DNA of 64,000 nucleotides from Waddliaceae bacterium (GTDB lineage Bacteria; Chlamydiota; Chlamydiia; Chlamydiales; Waddliaceae): NCBI GenBank assembly GCA_963724325.1, contig CAVRUH010000001.1, positions 416,001 to 480,000 of the forward strand, read 5' to 3'. Shown piece by piece: positions 55,858 to 64,000 of this stretch (position 1 is its first letter; each line of letters starts with the position of its first letter). The notes under the pieces were generated by a model. It saw only the letters and a program-made list of their open reading frames with translations, ran no database searches and was not told where the DNA came from. The position numbers and the translations under genes were made by a program.

Positions 55858-57624
55858 ATGATAAAATCATTCCTAACAAAGAGTGTCAGCTCTTTTTTTG
55901 TACGTAGGTTTTCTTCATTTACCTACTTAAACGTAACCCAATTTCTCGGGGCGCTAAACGACAACATCTACAAGTTGCTGATCGTCTATTTTCTTATCGA
56001 TTTGGAAGGCATCGAACACAGTCATCATTTTCTAGCCATCACAGGTGTTATTTTTGTCCTCCCCTTTCTGCTATTTTCTGCATCTTCAGGCAAACTAGCA
56101 GATAGATTCAGCAAAAGAAATATTATTGTTGTGACAAAAATCCTAGAGTTTATCTCAATGGTCGCAGCAATCTTCGCATTTTATTACGATAGTAAATTCG
56201 GGTGTTATTCTATTTTGTTCCTTCTCGCCTTGCAAAGCGCCATTTTCGGTCCATCCAAATATGGCATCCTTCCCGAACTCGTAGCAACCGATAAAATCAG
56301 CAAAGCCAATGGCCTGATGACCTCATTTACATTTTTAGCCATTATTTTGGGAACTTTTTTTGCCTCATTTTTACTTGATATAACAGGCAGACATTATATT
56401 TTTGCGGGTGGATTTTGTTTAGCAGTCAGCATCATCGGACTAATAGCTAGCTTTTGCATTGAATACACCCCGCCATCAGGATCACACAAAAAATTTAATT
56501 TATTATTCATCTCCGAAATTATCAAAACATTAAAAAGCACCACAAGAGAACCATCCCTTCTTGCAGCTGTTGTTGGATCGGCCTTCTTTCTTTTCCTTGG
56601 GGCCTTTGTGCAACTGAACATGATTCCATATGCTGTACAATCGCTTCACCTTTCTGACATTCAGGGTGGCTACCTCTTCCTAATTACTGCTGTAGGCATA
56701 GGCAGTGGATCACTTTTGGCGGGAAAAATATCGGGGAAGCTCGCCGAACTCGGCATTGTGCCTGTTGCAGGGGCAGGTATTACCGTTTGTCTTTATTTGC
56801 TAGATCTTCTTTCCGAACATTTGTATGCGGCTATTCCTTTGGTCGTGTTGGTAGGAATGTTTGGTGGCTTTTACCAGATTCCACTAGATTCTTACATACA
56901 AATAGCAAGTCCCAAGAAAAGCCGCGGGGAAGTGGTTGCTGCAACCAATTTCTTGAGTTATTGCGGGGTTCTTTGTGCTTCTGTTTTACTGTATTTAATT
57001 ACTGAATTTTTTGGATTTAGTGCGGATAAGGGATTTACCATTATGGGTGATATAGCTCTTGTAGTTACAGTAGTTATCACGTATCAATTTTACGACTACT
57101 TAAGTCGTTTTGTTGCAATGATTCTATCGAGACTTCATTTTAGCATCTCATTTTATGGAATTGAAAATATTCCCAAGTCACCTGCTTTGTATATTTGCAA
57201 GCATACAGCTTGGAATGATACTCTCCTCATGTTAGGTGCACAAAGACGCCGGATGCGTTTTTTTATTGAGCATGAGCATGAGCATACCAAATGGTTGAAA
57301 AGACTTTATCATTTACTTAGAACAGTAAATATCCCCTCTATTGAACCTTTAGAGAGAAATGAGGCTTGTCTATCTGAAATCAGGAAAATATTAGATGCTG
57401 GAATATCTGTTTGCATTTTCATAGACGATCCAGACATTAATACGGCTATTGAAAAACTCAATCATTCTTATCCTTTCAAGAAAGTTCTCATGGATACCGA
57501 TTATCCAATGATTCCGGTAACAATAGAAAAGGGTACAAAAGAGAAGAAGCCGCGCATCTTTAAACGTCTCCTAAACAAGTTCCGCGTCCCAGCCTCTATC
57601 TCTTTCGTAATTTCATCTACTTAA
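55858..57624 (+). CDS. MFS transporter (LplT/YgeD-like) fused to an acyltransferase-like domain
   Basis: TQFLGALNDNIYK, GKLADRFSKR, QSAIFGPSKYGILPE, 12 TMs, C-terminal YGIENIP...KHTAWND. Confidence 0.88.
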   Translation: MIKSFLTKSVSSFFVRRFSSFTYLNVTQFLGALNDNIYKLLIVYFLIDLEGIEHSHHFLAITGVIFVLPFLLFSASSGKLADRFSKRNIIVVTKILEFISMVAAIFAFYYDSKFGCYSILFLLALQSAIFGPSKYGILPELVATDKISKANGLMTSFTFLAIILGTFFASFLLDITGRHYIFAGGFCLAVSIIGLIASFCIEYTPPSGSHKKFNLLFISEIIKTLKSTTREPSLLAAVVGSAFFLFLGAFVQLNMIPYAVQSLHLSDIQGGYLFLITAVGIGSGSLLAGKISGKLAELGIVPVAGAGITVCLYLLDLLSEHLYAAIPLVVLVGMFGGFYQIPLDSYIQIASPKKSRGEVVAATNFLSYCGVLCASVLLYLITEFFGFSADKGFTIMGDIALVVTVVITYQFYDYLSRFVAMILSRLHFSISFYGIENIPKSPALYICKHTAWNDTLLMLGAQRRRMRFFIEHEHEHTKWLKRLYHLLRTVNIPSIEPLERNEACLSEIRKILDAGISVCIFIDDPDINTAIEKLNHSYPFKKVLMDTDYPMIPVTIEKGTKEKKPRIFKRLLNKFRVPASISFVISST

Positions 57625-57634
57625 ACTAAATATT

Positions 57635-57725
57635 ACCACCGAGATCACTGAGCTGACAAGAGGTCAAACAAAGAGAATGTTTTTACTCTTATGTGATCTC
57701 TTGTGAACTCTGTGATCTTTGTGGT
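57635..57725. repeat. Long imperfect inverted repeat between convergent genes (REP-like / bidirectional terminator)
   Basis: accaccgagatcactgagctgacaagaggtca ... tgatctcttgtgaactctgtgatctttgtggt. Confidence 0.65.
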
Positions 57726-58887
57726 TAAAAATGTTTTTTAGGGTTTAAAATAATGCAACCATGGCGGGGGTGCTTGCAAGGTCTTTGGGTGTTTTTTCAT
57801 CGTTATTTTTGATTGATTTGCCTGCCCCGTGTTTAATGAGGTATTTTGCAATATTGCAACTACTTGACTTCACAGCATTGTGGAGAGGCGTATTACCATC
57901 GGCATCGGTTAAGTTCATTTCCGTATTGGGTCTAATGGCCCACTTAACAGCATTAAAATTCTTTGCTTGGACCCCTCGAAATAAATATCGTCCCAGAGCA
58001 TCGCCATCGAAATGGTCTGGTTGCTGTTGGGTCATATGGTTTCCTAGATATTGCACCAGTGAATTGATTTCATTATCAATACTGTAAACAAAAAGGGTTT
58101 CTGCGAACCATTTTGACTTTAAAAGTTCTGTCCTTGTATAAAGATCTACCCGCTTTAAACATGATTGAGCAATATTTAAAATTTGTACAATTTCCTTCCC
58201 TCGTGGTGTTATTTGATTCAATTTACCAGATTCTATAAGGTAATTGGAGGCCTCACCGTGACTGATTTTTTCCAGATAAGAACGAATTGAATTCAAAGTT
58301 ATGTGCGGAGGCTCTTTTTTAGCCAACAACAATATCATTTCGGCAAGAAAATGGTGATCGCATACGATATCAGCCATATATTGCGTTTTGTCTTCTTCGG
58401 ATCCTTTATGCGGATAGTTTTTCCAGGCTCCTGACATCTTGATAATATTTTCGGAGAGGAGAAAGTAGGATTTCTCTAGAGTATTTTGGCGGGTGATCCA
58501 GCACCAAAGCTTAAGTAATAGCTTTTGAATGGCATTGTAGTTCATTTCAAGTTTCTGTTTCGCTTTTTCGAATCGAGCCCTTATGGCTAACCATGCAGGT
58601 TCGGAATCTTTGAGAGATCTTCTGGCTGTTTTTGAATTTTGGATGATCTTATTGGCAAAATTAAAGACATGTCTAAGATTTTGATCAACCTTTGAATCTC
58701 CCTTTGGCTTATTCTCTAAGGCATTATTTACTATAGAGAATTTCTCATTTGGCGCTATGTGCGCCAAAACATTTAGAATAGTGGCGGTCATACATTACCT
58801 CCGGTATTAATAAGTCTTGCAGCACTACTTTGGGCATTTTTACATTCGATCTCTGTAGGTGTATATTCTGCAAATTTTACTGTATCT
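57666..58887 (+). repeat. 1222-bp direct repeat (left) flanking IS1634 copy 2
   Basis: Matches 60536-61757, with three substitutions seen by eye. Confidence 0.93.
57745..58791 (-). CDS. Ankyrin-repeat protein, copy 1
   Basis: DADGNTPLHNAVK...AKYLIKHGA...NNDEKTPKDLA. GGAGG RBS. Confidence 0.85.
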   Translation of the reverse strand: MTATILNVLAHIAPNEKFSIVNNALENKPKGDSKVDQNLRHVFNFANKIIQNSKTARRSLKDSEPAWLAIRARFEKAKQKLEMNYNAIQKLLLKLWCWITRQNTLEKSYFLLSENIIKMSGAWKNYPHKGSEEDKTQYMADIVCDHHFLAEMILLLAKKEPPHITLNSIRSYLEKISHGEASNYLIESGKLNQITPRGKEIVQILNIAQSCLKRVDLYTRTELLKSKWFAETLFVYSIDNEINSLVQYLGNHMTQQQPDHFDGDALGRYLFRGVQAKNFNAVKWAIRPNTEMNLTDADGNTPLHNAVKSSSCNIAKYLIKHGAGKSIKNNDEKTPKDLASTPAMVALF

Positions 58888-60535
58888 CCTGACTTCTGCC
58901 AAAATTTGAATATCCTCAAATATCCAAAAAAAGAGGTTTGATTTGCAATGGGTTGCAATTTTTCTTAGTGCAAAAAACCGCACTAAGCTCTATTTTTAGT
59001 AGATGCGGGGAAATCTTTCTATTCGAAAAGTTCGCACTTCATCCGGTGCGATTGCTGTACAAATAATTCGTTACGCCCAAGGCAAACGTATTATCATTCG
59101 TCATATTGGTAGCTCTCATACTGATGATGAATTAGCTGTGCTTTATCAAGAGGCTGAAATTGTAAGAGAACAACTATCTCTTCAACCCTCTCTTTTTTCA
59201 ATAATAGAAAAACCCTCAAAGATCCTACATGTAGACCATTTACAATTAACTTCAATCACCCATCGCTTTGCTCATTTAGCCTTGAAAAAATGCTCTCAAT
59301 TATGTGGATTGGCATTTCTTCATCCTTTATATCAAGATCTTGCTTTGATGCGTATAGTAGAGCCTGCTTCAAAATTACGCACAATTGAATTATTGGAAAA
59401 TTATTTTGAAATATCTTACGCAGAACGATCTGTCTATCGTTTACTTCCCAAGCTTTTAGAGCACAAAGATGCTATTGAAAATGCAGCCTATCATACTGCT
59501 AAAGTACATTTTAACGAGTCGTTTGCTCTTGTTCTCTATGATGTCACGACTTTGTACTTTGAAAGCCACGAACCTAATGATGAGCTAAGAGCTCGAGGAT
59601 TTTCCAAAGATGACAAATCAAAACAACCGCAAATTGTTGTAGGATTGCTAGTAACTCAACAAGGGTTTCCTCTTAGGCATGAAATCTACAAAGGGAACAC
59701 TTTTGAAGGACATACAATGCTGGATGTAGTTAAGGTATTTCAAAAACATCATTCCAATTGTAAGCCGATCATTGTTGCTGATGCCGCCATGCTTTCTCAA
59801 GAAAATATGGATCTTCTGGAGGCTGAAAACTATCAATATATTGTAGGTGCTCGGCTTGCAAATGGTTCGAAAGCTTTTATTGAATTAATTACATCACGAT
59901 TGAAAAAGAAAGAAGGAGATATCATTCGTTTACCTTATCCTAATCGTTCTTACGAGATAGTCTGTTCTTACTCGGAAAAACGAGCAAAGAAAGATCAATA
60001 TGAATTTGAAAAACAAATCATGAAAGCCCAAGAGATAATTGTAAAGCAGGAATCAGGAAAACGAGCCAAATTTGTCAAAAAATCAAAAGCCCATAATGAT
60101 GCATTTGTTTTAAATAAAGAATTAGAAGAGAAGGCAAAAAAACTTATTGGTATTAAAGGGTACTGCACAAATATTTCTGAAGGCATTTTATCAAATATTC
60201 AAGTTATTGAATACTATCATGCGCTTTGGAATGTGGAACAAGCATTTCGCATGTCAAAAACAGATCTTAAAGCTCGTCCAATTTTTCATCATACACACGA
60301 TGCTATTAAAGCTCATGTCTTGCTCTGCTTCATGGGACTAATGATGGGAAAATTTTTGGAAATTAAAACAGGTCTATCTTTGCGAAGAGTGCGAGATATT
60401 CTCTGGAATGTTCAAGAAGCTCACATCAAGGACGAATTAACAGGAAAAACCATTACATTACAAACCAACATGAAAGATTTTAATGAAAGTAAACTTGTTG
60501 AATTTCTGAAACCGCACTAAATGGCAGAAGTCAGG
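58888..60535 (+). mobile_element. IS1634-family insertion sequence, copy 2 (1648 bp)
   Basis: 14-bp TIR cctgacttctgcca / tggcagaagtcagg. Confidence 0.95.
59003..60520 (+). CDS. IS1634-family DDE transposase
   Basis: Protein identical to 28671-30188. Confidence 0.93.
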   Translation: MRGNLSIRKVRTSSGAIAVQIIRYAQGKRIIIRHIGSSHTDDELAVLYQEAEIVREQLSLQPSLFSIIEKPSKILHVDHLQLTSITHRFAHLALKKCSQLCGLAFLHPLYQDLALMRIVEPASKLRTIELLENYFEISYAERSVYRLLPKLLEHKDAIENAAYHTAKVHFNESFALVLYDVTTLYFESHEPNDELRARGFSKDDKSKQPQIVVGLLVTQQGFPLRHEIYKGNTFEGHTMLDVVKVFQKHHSNCKPIIVADAAMLSQENMDLLEAENYQYIVGARLANGSKAFIELITSRLKKKEGDIIRLPYPNRSYEIVCSYSEKRAKKDQYEFEKQIMKAQEIIVKQESGKRAKFVKKSKAHNDAFVLNKELEEKAKKLIGIKGYCTNISEGILSNIQVIEYYHALWNVEQAFRMSKTDLKARPIFHHTHDAIKAHVLLCFMGLMMGKFLEIKTGLSLRRVRDILWNVQEAHIKDELTGKTITLQTNMKDFNESKLVEFLKPH

Positions 60536-61757
60536 AAACAAAGAGAATGTTTTTACTCTTATGTGATCTCTTGTGAACTCTGTGATCTTTGTGGTTAAAA
60601 ATGTTTTTTAGGGTTTAAAATAATGCAACCATGGCGGGGGTGCTTGCAAGGTCTTTGGGTGTTTTTTCATCGTTATTTTTGATTGATTTGCCTGCCCCGT
60701 GTTTAATGAGGTATTTTGCAATATTGCAACTACTTGACTTCACAGCATTGTGGAGAGGCGTATTACCATCGGCATCGGTTAAGTTCATTTCCGTATTGGG
60801 TCTAATGGCCCACTTAACAGCATTAAAATTCTTTGCTTGGACCCCTCGAAATAAATATCGTCCCAGAGCATCGCCATCGAAATGGTCCGGTTGCTGTTGG
60901 GTCATATGGTTTCCTAGATATTGCACCAGTGAATTGATTTCATTATCAATACTGTAAACAAAAAGGGTTTCTGCGAACCATTTTGACTTTAAAAGTTCTG
61001 TCCTTGTATAAAGATCTACCCGCTTTAAACATGATTGAGCAATATTTAAAATTTGTACAATTTCCTTCCCTCGTGGTGTTATTTGATTCAATTTACCAGA
61101 TTCTATAAGGTAATTGGAGGCCTCACCGTGACTGATTTTTTCCAGATAAGAACGAATTGAATTCAAAGTTATGTGCGGAGGCTCTTTTTTAGCCAACAAC
61201 AATATCATTTCGGCAAGAAAATGGTGATCGCATACGATATCAGCCATATATTGCGTTTTGTCTTCTTCGGATCCTTTATGCGGATAGTTTTTCCAGGCTC
61301 CTGACATCTTGATAATATTTTCGGAGAGGAGAAAGTAGGATTTCTCTAGAGTATTTTGGCGTGTGATCCAGCACCAAAGCTTAAGTAATAGCTTTTGAAT
61401 GGCATTGTAGTTCATTTCAAGTTTCTGTTTCGCTTTTTCGAATCGAGCCCTTATGGCTAACCATGCAGGTTCGGAATCTTTGAGAGATCTTCTGGCTGTT
61501 TTTGAATTTTGGATGATCTTATTGGCAAAATTAAAGACATGTCTAAGATTTTGATCAACCTTTGAATCTCCCTTTGGCTTATTCTCTAAGGCATTATTTA
61601 CTATAGAGAATTTCTCATTTGGCGCTATGTGCGCCAAAACATTTAGAATAGTGGCGGTCATACATTACCTCCGGTATTAATAAGTCTTGCAGCACTACTT
61701 TGGGCATTTTTACATTCGATCTCTGTAGGTGTATATTCTGCAAATTTTACTATATCT
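60536..61757 (+). repeat. 1222-bp direct repeat (right) flanking IS1634 copy 2
   Basis: Copy of 57666-58887. Confidence 0.93.
60615..61661 (-). CDS. Ankyrin-repeat protein, copy 2 (in original operon context)
   Basis: Protein identical to copy 1, ATGA-coupled to the upstream gene. Confidence 0.85.
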   Translation of the reverse strand: MTATILNVLAHIAPNEKFSIVNNALENKPKGDSKVDQNLRHVFNFANKIIQNSKTARRSLKDSEPAWLAIRARFEKAKQKLEMNYNAIQKLLLKLWCWITRQNTLEKSYFLLSENIIKMSGAWKNYPHKGSEEDKTQYMADIVCDHHFLAEMILLLAKKEPPHITLNSIRSYLEKISHGEASNYLIESGKLNQITPRGKEIVQILNIAQSCLKRVDLYTRTELLKSKWFAETLFVYSIDNEINSLVQYLGNHMTQQQPDHFDGDALGRYLFRGVQAKNFNAVKWAIRPNTEMNLTDADGNTPLHNAVKSSSCNIAKYLIKHGAGKSIKNNDEKTPKDLASTPAMVALF

Positions 61758-62272
61758 GCTTTTGACAAAATTTCTGCAAGTGCATTTTGAGTTTTGCTGT
61801 CAAAATAAGGATTTTTTCTGATTTGATTGAGGAATTCTTCAGTCGTTTCCTTTGGTGCATGGACCGCATAGTAATCTTCCATGTAGTTTCTAAGGACTTC
61901 AGATAATTTGCTGTAAAATTCTTGTTTATTTTCTTGTTCCGTGTCTAGATCCTGGAGGTATTTAAGTGCCCTAATGGTCGCTAACTTTTTAAGTTTCTTA
62001 AGTTCAAGTTCTTGATTGATGGGTATTTCAGGCTGTTGTTTTGCTACGAGAAAAAGCATTCCCAAGGCAAAAAGACCTATAATGTATTCCCAATGAAAGG
62101 TTTTTGCACTGATGATGGCTTCGTTTATGGGCGGTTGAAGTTGATTTTCCGTGTTGACATTCTTCGTATTTATTTCGTTCATTTCAATAGGATATTCATT
62201 GTCTAAAGAGATGACATTTACTTCGCAATGCAGTAAAACCGGGAAAAATAATAACAGAAAGCATTTCATCAT
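61658..62272 (-). CDS. Bat-operon-associated membrane protein (BatD/DUF4381-like)
   Basis: Signal peptide, TM, FYSKLSEVLRNYME...ETTEEF...ADIVKFA. Follows the DUF58 gene. Confidence 0.7.
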   Translation of the reverse strand: MMKCFLLLFFPVLLHCEVNVISLDNEYPIEMNEINTKNVNTENQLQPPINEAIISAKTFHWEYIIGLFALGMLFLVAKQQPEIPINQELELKKLKKLATIRALKYLQDLDTEQENKQEFYSKLSEVLRNYMEDYYAVHAPKETTEEFLNQIRKNPYFDSKTQNALAEILSKADIVKFAEYTPTEIECKNAQSSAARLINTGGNV

Positions 62273-63141
62273 TAGTGTCTTACCCGGCGAAGTTTAAAAA
62301 ATTTTCTTAGTGGATTTATGTAGGGTTCATTAGTTTGAACAGGGACAATGCCTGCTCCAATCTCATGCATGAGGTTATATAATGCATCTATGCGTTTTTG
62401 AGCATTTATTTGCATTTCATGGGTTACTGCCTTGCTTGAGGTATCGACGATCTCACTTTGTCCTGATTCTAGATCATGAAAATGCACTAATCCCATTTTT
62501 GTAAATTCCCATTCATTTGGATCGTGAGTATGAATTGCAATAAGATCATTATGTTGCGCCGTAATCAAAAGTTCGCGTTGCGGCAAAGCGCAAATGAAGT
62601 CGGAGATCAAAAAACAGATAGTTTTTCGTTGATGAACATTGCCCAAAAAGGTAAGGGCTGCCGATAGATCAGTTTTTATCTTTTTTGGTTCGTGCAAAAG
62701 CAACTCTCGAATGACCCGTAGAACATGCCTTAGGCCCTTATTCGGAGGAAGATATAACTCTATCCCCTCTGAAAATAGAATCAACCCTACTTTGTCATTA
62801 TTTTTAATCGCAGAAAAAGCTAAAACACCTCCTATTTCCGCAATCAGCTCTTTTTTGGTCTGGGAGCCACTCCCAAATTGAGTCGAAGCTGATACGTCTA
62901 CCACAAGCATCACAGTGAGCTCTCGCTCTTCGCGAAACACTTTCACATACGGATGGTTCATTCGTGCTGTCACATTCCAGTCAATGCTTCGTACTTCGTC
63001 ACCAGGCTGATATTCCCTAACTTCTTCGAATTCCATCCCTTTTCCTTTAAAGGCAGAATGGTAGGCTCCAGCCAAGATATCATTGGCCAGTTGAGTTGTA
63101 TTGATTTGGATTTTTCGAATTTTTCGAAATACATCGCTCAT
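62272..63141 (-). CDS. DUF58 family (vWA-like) protein
   Basis: GKGMEFEEVREYQPGDEVRSIDWNVTAR, VVDVSAS, LISDF. Confidence 0.93.
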   Translation of the reverse strand: MSDVFRKIRKIQINTTQLANDILAGAYHSAFKGKGMEFEEVREYQPGDEVRSIDWNVTARMNHPYVKVFREERELTVMLVVDVSASTQFGSGSQTKKELIAEIGGVLAFSAIKNNDKVGLILFSEGIELYLPPNKGLRHVLRVIRELLLHEPKKIKTDLSAALTFLGNVHQRKTICFLISDFICALPQRELLITAQHNDLIAIHTHDPNEWEFTKMGLVHFHDLESGQSEIVDTSSKAVTHEMQINAQKRIDALYNLMHEIGAGIVPVQTNEPYINPLRKFFKLRRVRH

Positions 63142-63145
63142 GGCA

Positions 63146-64000
63146 TTATGGAACCGGAATGGTGGCTAAAATACGATCGATGATATCATCAGGGGAAATA
63201 TCTTCCGCCTCGGCTTCATACGACCTTCTTAGTCGGTGTCTTAAGATGTCACCGCAGATCTCTTTAATATCATTCGGCTTCACAAATCCTCTTCCAGCCA
63301 AGTAAGCATATGCCTTAGCTCCAATAGTTAGAGCAATGCTTGCTCTTGGAGAGGCTCCATAGAGTAAAAGTCCTTCAATATCAACTTTGAAATCTTTAGG
63401 TCTTCGTGTAGCGCAAATGATTTGCAGGATGTAATTTATAACTTTTTCATCGATATAAATTTCATTGACCACTTGTCTTGATTCCAAGATATCTTGAGCA
63501 CTTAGTATGGGATTAACGACAGGGATTTCGCCGAGGGTTGCCATTCTTTTAATGATTTCGCCTTCCTCCTCGATGGAGGGGTAGTCGATTTTCACTTTCA
63601 TCATGAATCGATCTGTCTGGGCTTCGGGGAGCGGGTAGGTCCCTTCGTGCTCGATCGGGTTTTGCGTTGCCAGAACTAAGAAGGGTTCTTTGATGGGGTA
63701 TGTTGTTCCACTGATTGTCACCTGGTGCTCTTGCATCACTTCAAGAAGGGCTGATTGCACTTTTGCTGGAGCTCTGTTTATTTCGTCGGCCAAAAGGATA
63801 TTGGTGAAAATAGGCCCTTTATTAACACTAAAGGTGCCATCTTTGGGGTTGTATATCGTAGTTCCAATAAGATCGGCTGGGAGTAAATCTGGGGTAAATT
63901 GGATCCGTTTATAATTGCATTCAACAGCTTTGGCCATGGACGTAACGGCCATTGTTTTAGCAAGACCAGGCAGTCCTTCTAGCAAAATGTGCCCGTCTGA
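63146..64000 (-). CDS. moxR: MoxR-family AAA+ ATPase, 5'-truncated by window edge
   Basis: LEGLPGLAKT, RIQFTPDLLPAD, ADEINRAPAKVQSALLE, ATQNPIEHEGTYPLPEAQ, GASPRA. Confidence 0.93.
   Translation of the reverse strand, partial: SDGHILLEGLPGLAKTMAVTSMAKAVECNYKRIQFTPDLLPADLIGTTIYNPKDGTFSVNKGPIFTNILLADEINRAPAKVQSALLEVMQEHQVTISGTTYPIKEPFLVLATQNPIEHEGTYPLPEAQTDRFMMKVKIDYPSIEEEGEIIKRMATLGEIPVVNPILSAQDILESRQVVNEIYIDEKVINYILQIICATRRPKDFKVDIEGLLLYGASPRASIALTIGAKAYAYLAGRGFVKPNDIKEICGDILRHRLRRSYEAEAEDISPDDIIDRILATIPVP

Noticed and set aside
57666..61757. Duplications as pure assembly artefacts
   Set aside because: Copies differ at several bases, abut the IS ends exactly in two independent cases, and fit known IS1634 behaviour. 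Long-read confirmation is still desirable.

Overview
AT-rich bacterial DNA, most likely from an environmental Chlamydiota (Parachlamydiales-like) genome. This is an inference from the chlamydial-type 1115-aa PBP2, a DUF2608-like gene, recC-recB-recD beside a YgeD/LplT-like MFS gene, and SycD/LcrH-type chaperones. The core genes (wzc-like, dedA, PBP2, GDPD, recCBD, MFS, moxR-DUF58-Bat-like operon) are interleaved with accessory DNA. (1) A tandemly duplicated putative T3SS substrate / SycD chaperone / 74-aa cassette, one copy carrying a highly structured IS66-type MITE. (2) Two tandem ~2270-aa paralogs whose N-termini resemble the FAM46/TENT5 non-canonical poly(A) polymerase nucleotidyltransferase domain. 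(3) A 1826-bp serine-integrase element inserted at a CA dinucleotide inside a dispersed REP-like repeat; in the predicted excised circle the integrase reading frame runs all the way round and stops on its own start codon. (4) Two IS1634-family copies flanked by 564-bp and 1222-bp direct repeats, the larger duplicating a whole ankyrin gene. (5) A ~9.7-kb phage-satellite-like island bounded by tRNA-Pro 3' halves, with no intact tRNA in the window. All family calls come from motif recognition by eye, not database searches.
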